A DNA stretch of 44,521 nucleotides from Myxococcota bacterium (GTDB lineage Bacteria > Myxococcota_A > UBA796 > GCA-2862545): positions 1 through 44,521 of the forward strand of contig JBCCQY010000062.1 in the NCBI GenBank assembly GCA_039208735.1, given 5' to 3'. Numbering within the stretch: the first letter of the stretch is position 1; every line of letters starts with the position of its first letter. This document shows positions 19,661-27,337 of the stretch, piece by piece. Position numbers and translations under genes: made by a program. The notes under the pieces were generated by a model, which did no database searches, was not told where the DNA came from, and saw nothing but the letters and a program-made list of their open reading frames with translations.

Positions 19661-20460
19661 GCGAAGCCCCTCCGCTGCTCGAGGTCCGCAACCTTCAGAC
19701 CGTTTACCACGACGTGGTGCGGGTTCTAAGAGGGGTCAGCCTCACGGTGGCTCGGGGGGGCATCACGGCTTTGCTCGGGCCGAACGGTGCGGGCAAGACC
19801 ACGACGTTGCGAGCCATCTCGGGGTTGTTGAGTGTCCATGATGGTCGCATCACCAAGGGCCGGGTGACCTTCGATGGCGAAGATTTGGCCCCGTTGACCG
19901 CCGCACAGCGGGTGGCCCGGGGGCTCGCGCAGGTCATGGAAGGCCGGCGGATCTTTCCGGAACTCACCATTGAGGAAAACCTCAGGGCAGGAGGCTGGCA
20001 CCGCTCCGCAGCGCAGATCCGTGCGCACCTGGAGCGCTTCTATACGCGGTTTGCCGTCCTCAAGGCCCGTCGCCATCGCCCCGCCGGCTACCTGTCGGGA
20101 GGCGAGCAGCAACTGCTTGCGATTGCCCGTTCCCTGACGAGCCAGCCCCGACTGCTGTTGCTGGACGAGCCGTCGCTCGGACTCGCTCCCCGCATCGTGG
20201 CCGACGTGGCGGAACTCATTCGCGAGATCGTGGCTGACGGCGTTTCCGTCCTCCTTGTGGAGCAAAATGCGACGCTTGCGCTGTCGCTGGCCAATGAAGC
20301 CACCATCCTCGAAAATGGCCGCGTTGTGCTGGAGGGCACGGCCCAGGCCTTGTCCGCAGATGAGGATGTGCAGGAGTTTTACCTGGGCGTGGGAGGAGAA
20401 GGACGCCGCTCCTATCGGGACGTCAAGCACTACCGGCGCCGGAAGCGCTGGCTTGGATGA
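19657..20460 (+). CDS. ABC transporter ATP-binding protein (LivF-like)
   Basis: ATGA overlap; GPNGAGKTT, LSGGEQQ, LLLDEPSLGLAP, VEQNA. Confidence 0.93.
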   Translation: MSEAPPLLEVRNLQTVYHDVVRVLRGVSLTVARGGITALLGPNGAGKTTTLRAISGLLSVHDGRITKGRVTFDGEDLAPLTAAQRVARGLAQVMEGRRIFPELTIEENLRAGGWHRSAAQIRAHLERFYTRFAVLKARRHRPAGYLSGGEQQLLAIARSLTSQPRLLLLDEPSLGLAPRIVADVAELIREIVADGVSVLLVEQNATLALSLANEATILENGRVVLEGTAQALSADEDVQEFYLGVGGEGRRSYRDVKHYRRRKRWLG

Positions 20461-20469
20461 GGAGGTCGC

Positions 20470-21243
20470 ATGCTTGTCATCGACAGCCTGGAGCTTCGAT
20501 TCGCCGGGGTCACCGCCCTTGACGGCGTGAGCCTCTCGGTGGATGAAGGGGAACTCCGGGCGGTCATCGGTCCCAATGGGGCTGGAAAGACATCGCTTTT
20601 CAACTGTATTTCGGGGCTCTACCGTCCCCAGTCGGGCCGGCTTCGCTACGGCGAGGTCGATCTGATCCGGGCCAAGGCTCATGCGCGGGCGGGGCTCGGG
20701 ATTGCGAGGATGTTCCAGAACATCGCGCTGTACGACCAGTTGACGGTGCTCGAGAACCTGCTGGTCGGGCGCCACCACACCTACCGCACGCCTGCTTGGT
20801 CGGACCTGTTCCGGACGCGCCGCTTTCGTCGAGAGGAGGTCCGCCAGCGGGAAGCCGTCGAGTCGATCATCGACTTTCTCGACCTCGAAGCGGTTCGACA
20901 CACCCCTACGATGGTCCTCCCGTACGGGGTGCTGAAGCGGGTGGAGCTGGGACGGGCGCTCGCGATGGATCCCCAGTTGCTGTTGCTCGACGAGCCTGCG
21001 GCCGGCCTCAACCAAGAGGAAACCGAGGCCATGGCCCGCTACCTGCTGGACATCAAGGAAGAACGAGGAATCACACAGATCCTCATCGAACATGACCTGC
21101 ATCTCGTTCTCGACCTTGCGGATCGCGTCACGGTGCTCGACTTCGGGCGCGTGATTGCAGAAGGTACGCCCGAACAAGTGCAACGCGACGAAGCGGTGGT
21201 GCGCGCCTATACCGGCGGGCTCACCACGGAGGCGTCGGCATGA
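20470..21243 (+). CDS. ABC transporter ATP-binding protein (LivG-like)
   Basis: GPNGAGKTS, LPYG..KRVELGRALA, LLLDEPAAG, IEHD. Confidence 0.93.
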   Translation: MLVIDSLELRFAGVTALDGVSLSVDEGELRAVIGPNGAGKTSLFNCISGLYRPQSGRLRYGEVDLIRAKAHARAGLGIARMFQNIALYDQLTVLENLLVGRHHTYRTPAWSDLFRTRRFRREEVRQREAVESIIDFLDLEAVRHTPTMVLPYGVLKRVELGRALAMDPQLLLLDEPAAGLNQEETEAMARYLLDIKEERGITQILIEHDLHLVLDLADRVTVLDFGRVIAEGTPEQVQRDEAVVRAYTGGLTTEASA

Positions 21244-23042
21244 ATGAAGCGCCAACCCTGGTGGGTCGACTGCTGGGCCACGCCAAGGAACGTCCCGACG
21301 CAGTGGCTTTGCGTCACAAGCGGTTCGGGCGCTGGGAAGAGATCCGTTGGCAGCAGTACTGCGACCATGTCGCGGAAGCCGCCCATGCCCTTCATGAGGC
21401 GGGTGTGGGTCCCGGCGATGCGGTGGGCATCCTGTCCGACAACCGGCCGGAGTGGCTCTACGCGGACCTCGGTGCGCAATCTATCGGTGCATTGGCCGTG
21501 GGCATCTACCAGACCAATCCGCCGGCTGACGTGGCCTACATCCTCGATCATGCCAAGGTGAAAGTCCTCATTTGCGAAGATCAGGAGCAGGTCGACAAGG
21601 CGATCGAGGTCGCGGCGGAGACGCCGTCGGTGACCCGAGTGGTGTGCATCGATCCCCGCGGAACCCGAGGGTACGACGATCCGCGGTTGGTGACGTGGCA
21701 CGCATTCACCGAGACGGGGCGAGCGGCACGAGGCGCGGATCCGGACTGGTGGTCGGCGCAGGTCGCGGCTCGCAACCCGGAAGCCCCGTCGATGGTGGTC
21801 TACACCTCGGGAACCACCGGGCCCCCCAAAGGAGCATTGCTCTCGCCGCGCAATGCCACCGCGGTGGTCGGGGATCTGTCGCGCTCTCTCAAGGCGAGCG
21901 AGCAGGATTGGTTGCTTTCTTACCTGCCTCTGTGCCACGTCGCGGAGAAGATCTACTCCGTCTTCATCCCCCTTACGGTGGGCTGCGTCGTCCACTTTGG
22001 GGAGTCCATCGAGACGGTCCAAGAGGATCTCAAAGAGGTTTCGCCCACCATCTTCTTAGGAGTGCCAAGGATTTGGGAGAAGATGCACGCCGCCGTGACC
22101 CTGCGCATGCGCGACTCGGGGTGGCTGCAACGCCAGTTGTTCGACTTCTTTGTGGCGCGAGGACAGCACTGGCGTGATCCGGAGCGGATCAAGCCGCTGG
22201 GGCCTTTCGAATGGCTGGGTGCGCAACTGGGCGATCTGCTGGTGTTTCGAGCACTCCATGAGCACTTGGGATTGCGGCGTTGTCGACTGCCCACAAGCGG
22301 TGCCGCCCCCATCGCGCCTGACTTGTTGCGCTGGTTTTCGGCCGTTGGACTGCCGGTACGCGAGGGCTACGGCATGACCGAGTGTGCGGGAGCGACTCAT
22401 TTCAACCTGCCGCATGCCAATCGCCTAGGCACCGTGGGCCAAACGCTTTCTCCACTCGAGACGAGTGTGGCGGACGACGGAGAGATCCTCATCCAGGGGC
22501 CCTCCGTGTTCTGTGGCTACCTGCACAACGAAGAAGCTACGCGCGCCATAATCGACGAGCAAGGGCGCTACCACACGGGCGACATCGGTTCGATCGATGC
22601 GGACGGATTCCTGTCGATCACCGGGCGCAAAAAGGAGATCCTCATCACCGCGGGAGGCAAGAACCTCTCGCCGGAACGCATCGAGAATGCGCTCAAACTG
22701 TCGCCTTACATCAAGGAGGTGGTGGCGATTGGGGACCGCCGCAAGTTCGTTTCGGCCCTCGTTCAGATCGATGCCGACGCCGTGGGGGACTGGGCGTTGC
22801 GAGAGCGCATCCCCTTCACTGACTTCGAGGATCTGACCAAGCAAACGCAGGTCACCGACCTGGTTGACAAGGAGATTCGCAGGGCGAACGAGGCGTTGGC
22901 GCGAGTCGAGCAGGTGCGGGCATTCCGCTTGTTCCCGAAGGAGCTGCACCAGGACGACGGGGAACTCACCCCAACCCAAAAGGTTCGTCGCAAGGCCATA
23001 GGCGAACGGTGGGGCCGTCTCGTCGAGGAGATGTACCGATGA
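21240..23042 (+). CDS. Long-chain fatty acid-CoA ligase (AMP-binding family)
   Basis: YTSGTTGPPKG, EGYGMTE, TGDIG, ITGRKKE and ELTPTQKVRR. Confidence 0.93.
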   Translation: MNEAPTLVGRLLGHAKERPDAVALRHKRFGRWEEIRWQQYCDHVAEAAHALHEAGVGPGDAVGILSDNRPEWLYADLGAQSIGALAVGIYQTNPPADVAYILDHAKVKVLICEDQEQVDKAIEVAAETPSVTRVVCIDPRGTRGYDDPRLVTWHAFTETGRAARGADPDWWSAQVAARNPEAPSMVVYTSGTTGPPKGALLSPRNATAVVGDLSRSLKASEQDWLLSYLPLCHVAEKIYSVFIPLTVGCVVHFGESIETVQEDLKEVSPTIFLGVPRIWEKMHAAVTLRMRDSGWLQRQLFDFFVARGQHWRDPERIKPLGPFEWLGAQLGDLLVFRALHEHLGLRRCRLPTSGAAPIAPDLLRWFSAVGLPVREGYGMTECAGATHFNLPHANRLGTVGQTLSPLETSVADDGEILIQGPSVFCGYLHNEEATRAIIDEQGRYHTGDIGSIDADGFLSITGRKKEILITAGGKNLSPERIENALKLSPYIKEVVAIGDRRKFVSALVQIDADAVGDWALRERIPFTDFEDLTKQTQVTDLVDKEIRRANEALARVEQVRAFRLFPKELHQDDGELTPTQKVRRKAIGERWGRLVEEMYR

Positions 23043-23935
23043 CCACGTTTGTGCAGCTTCTCGCGGGAGGGCTGGCGTTGGGGGCAGTCTATGCGTTGAC
23101 CGCGCTCGGATTTGTCGTGATTTATCGCGCCTCCGCGGTCTTCAACTTTGCCCAGGGCGAGCTGGTGACGGTGGGCGCGTTGTCCATGGTGTCCTTTTCG
23201 AAGTTGGGATGGCCATGGGTGGCCGCATTGCTGGCCGCCATGGCGGTCACGGGGGCGTTTGCTGCGAGCGTCGAGCGCGTGGTGTTGCGACCGCTGGTGG
23301 GAAGGCCTGTATTCACCACCGTCATCGTCACCATCTTCGTCGGCTTGCTGATTCGGGCGGGAGCCCTAATCGTATGGGGGACCGACACCTATGGCATGCC
23401 CACGCCCTGGCCTACCGATCAGGTGGTCGTACTTGGGGACGCTCGCATTCTCGTGAACAGTGTTGCGACCGTTGTGGCGGCCATTCTCGCCCTCGGCTTG
23501 TTCGCTGCTTTGGTTCGCTTTTCCCGACTTGGGGTGGCCATGCGTGCCACCGCCTCGGACCAGGAAGCGGCGCTTGCCCTCGGTATTCCCGTAGGCCGAG
23601 TCTTCATGACGACGTGGGCCATCGCCGGTGCCTATGCCGCACTGGCCGGCGTCTGTCTGGCGTTCTTCCCCCGCAGCGCCGACGTCACGATGGGCTTCAT
23701 CGCGCTTCGGGCGTTCCCTGCGGTCATCGTGGGAGGTCTCGATTCCGTTGGGGGGACCGTGCTTGCCGCGGTCTTGCTCGGCGTACTCGAAGTGCTCACC
23801 CAGGCGTATGTCAATCCACACCTTGGGGAACTCGGACACAACCTACACACCGTGTTGCCCTACTTGCTGATGATCGTCGTGCTTGTCGTGCGGCCCTACG
23901 GGTTGTTCGGACGAGCTGAAGTGGAGCGTGTCTAA
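23039..23935 (+). CDS. ABC transporter permease (LivH-like)
   Basis: ATGA overlap; VFNFAQGE, G.AMRA...D...A...GI; multiple TM helices. Confidence 0.92.
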   Translation: MTTFVQLLAGGLALGAVYALTALGFVVIYRASAVFNFAQGELVTVGALSMVSFSKLGWPWVAALLAAMAVTGAFAASVERVVLRPLVGRPVFTTVIVTIFVGLLIRAGALIVWGTDTYGMPTPWPTDQVVVLGDARILVNSVATVVAAILALGLFAALVRFSRLGVAMRATASDQEAALALGIPVGRVFMTTWAIAGAYAALAGVCLAFFPRSADVTMGFIALRAFPAVIVGGLDSVGGTVLAAVLLGVLEVLTQAYVNPHLGELGHNLHTVLPYLLMIVVLVVRPYGLFGRAEVERV

Positions 23936-25023
23936 TGCCGAGTCGCCCACTGGTTGTTCGTTACGAACAAGATCTTCAGCGATTCGTGACCCGATGGCAA
24001 TACTGGGGATTGGCCATTCTTGCCGTTGTGATCATCCTTTGGCCGGTGGTTTTGCCAAGTCGATGGGTCACGATTGGCGTACAGGCATGTACGGCTATCG
24101 TGGGGGCATTGGGGTTGATGGTATTGACAGGTTTCGCCGGTCAAATCAGCCTTGGTCACGCCGCTTTTCTGGCCCTTGGGGCGTACACGGTGGCCATGCT
24201 TGGGGTGCACGCCCACGTGCCCTTCTGGCTGGCGCTGCCCGCCGGCGGTCTTGTGGCGGCCGCGGTGGGCCTGTTGGTGGGGCCCTTTGCGCTTCGACTT
24301 CGAGGGCTCTACCTGGCCATTGTGACGCTTGGCCTGCTCTATGTCGTCGACCACGTCCTGTTGTCGTTTTCGGAGTGGACCGGCGGGGTTTCGGGTACTC
24401 CAGTGCCGATGTACTTGGGCTTCACGTCCCCCGAAGGCACCTCAGCGCTCGGCGATGTGCCCACCATGGACCTTGGCATCGAGGTGACGTTCGCTCAGCG
24501 CCTGTACGTGCTGTTCGTGCCCATCGCCATCGGCAGCACGTTGCTGGTCGAGAACATCCGGCGCTCTCGGCTCGGGCGCGCCATGATGGCCGTCCGCGAC
24601 TCCGATCTCGCTGCGATTGCTCTCGGGATTCGGCCGGCGCGGGTGAAGGTCGCCGCGTTTGGGCTTTCGTCGTTCCTCGCCGGTCTGGCGGGAGGAATGT
24701 TCGGCTACCAACAGCAATTCATCACCGTCCATCCTCCGTTCGACCTCAACCTGTCCGTCCAGTACATCGCGATGATTGTGCTGGGGGGCGTAGGCACCGT
24801 GTTTGGCGGGGTCGCCGGGGCGATTGCCTTCGTCGTGCTCACACCCCTCGCCGAACTCGTCGGCCGGCAGCTGCCCCTGATCGGAGACCTGTCGAGTGCC
24901 CAGCAATCCACGGTGTTGTTTTCGTTGGCCGTGATCGGCGTGCTGGTGGTCGAGCCCCTCGGGCTGTACGGAGTCTGGCTACGGGTGAAACGGCTGTTTG
25001 CAGCTTGGCCGTTCCGCTACTGA
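23935..25023 (+). CDS. ABC transporter permease (LivM-like)
   Basis: GFAGQISLGHAAF, LRLRGLYLAIVTL, GRAMMAVRD. Confidence 0.92.
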   Translation: MPSRPLVVRYEQDLQRFVTRWQYWGLAILAVVIILWPVVLPSRWVTIGVQACTAIVGALGLMVLTGFAGQISLGHAAFLALGAYTVAMLGVHAHVPFWLALPAGGLVAAAVGLLVGPFALRLRGLYLAIVTLGLLYVVDHVLLSFSEWTGGVSGTPVPMYLGFTSPEGTSALGDVPTMDLGIEVTFAQRLYVLFVPIAIGSTLLVENIRRSRLGRAMMAVRDSDLAAIALGIRPARVKVAAFGLSSFLAGLAGGMFGYQQQFITVHPPFDLNLSVQYIAMIVLGGVGTVFGGVAGAIAFVVLTPLAELVGRQLPLIGDLSSAQQSTVLFSLAVIGVLVVEPLGLYGVWLRVKRLFAAWPFRY

Positions 25024-25200
25024 TTCAAAGTTTGCCGTCCAAGCAATGGCGATCCGGCGAAAGTCCCCCTTCGAACGATTGTTCGCAACGAGGGCAAGGG
25101 ACTGCATTTGCGGTTTTCCTGATCCGAGAAGCGGGGTGCGCGGGGAGGCAAAAACGCTTCTCCGCAGGTCAGAATACCGCTTTCGCAAGGAGAGGGCATC

Positions 25201-26046
25201 ATGGGACTGACTGTCAACACCAATATGGCTTCGCTCGGTGCGATCTCAAACCTCAATAACGTACAGGGAAACCTGCAGAAGTCGCTAGCGCGCATCAGCT
25301 CCGGCATGCGGATCACGCGTGCCGGCGATGATGCCGCGGGCCTCGGCGTGGCCGAGAACCTGTCGGCGGCAAACCGCTCGCTGAAGATGGCGATGCGGAA
25401 CACCAATGACGGCATCTCGGTCGTGCAGACCGCAGAAGGTGCGGCGGGTGAGATCGGCAACATCCTGAAGCGGATGCGCGAACTCGCGGTCCAGTCGGCT
25501 TCGGAGACGCTCGAGAACCAGGAACGCACCTACGTCAACGACGAGTTCGCGGCGCTCGCAAGCGAAATCGACCGGATCGCAGAAGTGACCGAGTTCAACG
25601 GCGTGCCCCTGGGCAACGCCGCGGCCGCAGCCCTGGCCAACCTCCAGGTCCAGGTGGGCATCGATGGGTCGGCGAATAGCCGGATCGCCATCGCGTTGTC
25701 CAACCTCCGTTCGGACTCAGCGAACATGGCTGTGGACACCGGTTCCATCGACCTGCTGACCGCGGGCAACGCCCAGACGGCGATCGGCGGAATCGACTCC
25801 GCTATCGACTTCATCAACACCGTTCGTTCGGGCTACGGTGCCACGCAGAACCGGCTCGAAGCCGCTCTGCGTCAAACCGACAACTACTTCCTCAACCTCA
25901 AGGATTCGGAAAGCCGGATCCGCGACACGGACTTCGCCTTCGAGTCCGCTGAGCTGTCGAAGTACCAGATCATGCAGCAGTCCGGTGTGGCCGTTCTCGC
26001 CCAGGCGAAGGGAATCTTCGCCCAGGCGGCCCAGCTCATCCAGTAA
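25201..26046 (+). CDS. fliC: Flagellin (minimal, 281 aa)
   Basis: N-terminal VNTN...RISSGMRI..A.DDAAG...RNTNDGISVVQTAEGA..EI..IL.RMRELAVQS; C-terminal G A.QNRLE...SRIRDTDFA.E...L.K.QI.QQ...A.LAQA. Confidence 0.96.
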   Translation: MGLTVNTNMASLGAISNLNNVQGNLQKSLARISSGMRITRAGDDAAGLGVAENLSAANRSLKMAMRNTNDGISVVQTAEGAAGEIGNILKRMRELAVQSASETLENQERTYVNDEFAALASEIDRIAEVTEFNGVPLGNAAAAALANLQVQVGIDGSANSRIAIALSNLRSDSANMAVDTGSIDLLTAGNAQTAIGGIDSAIDFINTVRSGYGATQNRLEAALRQTDNYFLNLKDSESRIRDTDFAFESAELSKYQIMQQSGVAVLAQAKGIFAQAAQLIQ

Positions 26047-26049
26047 TTC

Positions 26050-26589
26050 CTACTCGGTGGGCAATTCGTCGGTCGTGGGGACGACGATCTCGACCTGCAC
26101 GACCGGCTTGATCTTCAGGGCTCCCATCAACGCCGAAAAGGGTTTGATGCCGAACTCGGGCTGACGGATTTTCGCCTTTGCGACAAGCTGTTCGCCCTGC
26201 TCTTGAACGGTGGCCTTCACGGGCTTGGTTCGTCCGTGCAGGGTCAGGTTTCCCTGAACCCGGATCTGCCCCGAGCCATCCCGACGCATGCGCGTGGTGG
26301 CCCACTCGATCTCGGGGTGCTCCGTACTGTGCAGAATGTCGTTGCGTACGTAGCCTTCGATGGTCGCCCGGTCGCTGTCGGACAGCGCCCCGGGATTTTC
26401 TTCGCCATTGGCCATGGCACAGACCACTTCGAGGCTGTTTGCGTCGAACGTTCCGCGCACACCCCGTCGGTCTGCCGTCACCTCGAACGAGGCGACGCGC
26501 AGTTTGACGTCGTGTCCTGCGGCGGCGAGCAGACCCTCCTTAAACGTGTAGACGAAGACACTTGCGTTATCCGCGGTCCAGACCGGCAC
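26050..26589 (-). CDS. YceI family protein
   Basis: L....HPEI, GNLTLHGRTKPV and FGIKP motifs; GTG start with GGAGG. Confidence 0.85.
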   Translation of the reverse strand: MPVWTADNASVFVYTFKEGLLAAAGHDVKLRVASFEVTADRRGVRGTFDANSLEVVCAMANGEENPGALSDSDRATIEGYVRNDILHSTEHPEIEWATTRMRRDGSGQIRVQGNLTLHGRTKPVKATVQEQGEQLVAKAKIRQPEFGIKPFSALMGALKIKPVVQVEIVVPTTDELPTE

Positions 26590-26619
26590 CCCAACCTCCC
26601 GTCGGCGTGGTGTATCGCT

Positions 26620-27132
26620 TCATGCGTCCTTAGGGCGCAGCGTCACGGATCCCAAGAAGGCACGCTTGCCAAGCGGAACGCCGTTATGGCGAAGGATCGC
26701 GTAGGCATGGGTGAGGTGGAAAAAAAAGTTCGGAAGGGCGAACTCATGAACGTAGTCCGCGGCTTCCATGACGTAGTCCTTGGCGAACGGCGGATGAATC
26801 GGACGGGACCCGTCGAAATCGGCCTCGGGTAGGGTGTCGAGGTAGCTGCACACACTGTCGATGCGAGCCTCCAGTTCGCTCATCGTGGTCTCGTCATCGG
26901 CATGTTTCGGCGCCTCACTCACGGCAAGACGAGCCGCCGTGAGCTTGGCGGTGTCCGTCACGGCCTGGACCTGACGAACGAAGGGGAACTGGTCGGGTGC
27001 AAGGCGAGCTTGCAACAGGCCGTCGGCGTCGAAACTACGCTGTTCTGCATAGGTCCGAGCTTCCCCCAGCCATTGCTTGAGATGGGTGAGCTTTGGCTTC
27101 ATCAGGCCCACAGACAGAGTGTAGAGCGACAC
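26620..27132 (-). CDS. DUF1993 family protein
   Basis: GTG 27132 (MSLY..SV) with GGAGG; ARLAPDQFPF..QVQ and LPNFFFHLT.AYAILRHNGV.LGK. Confidence 0.9.
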   Translation of the reverse strand: MSLYTLSVGLMKPKLTHLKQWLGEARTYAEQRSFDADGLLQARLAPDQFPFVRQVQAVTDTAKLTAARLAVSEAPKHADDETTMSELEARIDSVCSYLDTLPEADFDGSRPIHPPFAKDYVMEAADYVHEFALPNFFFHLTHAYAILRHNGVPLGKRAFLGSVTLRPKDA

Positions 27133-27337
27133 AGGAGCACCTCCGATGCGGCTGCCCATACCATCGTGGTGGCGGTCTTCGGGACAAGCCGCTACCGGCC
27201 CAGATCATCGGCGTGGCAATTGTCTTTTTTTCGTGAGGGGGAGGAAGCCCATTGCCGTGGGCTGTGTCGCTACGGGGGCCTTGTCTTAAGGTGGAGGGGA
27301 CATTGGGCGATGGCCCAACGAAACCGTGAGGAAATCC

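Noticed and set aside
25024..25200. Sigma-28 or sigma-54 promoter, or c-di-GMP riboswitch, before flagellin
   Set aside because: Only partial matches with wrong spacing; the GEMM consensus is not recognisable.
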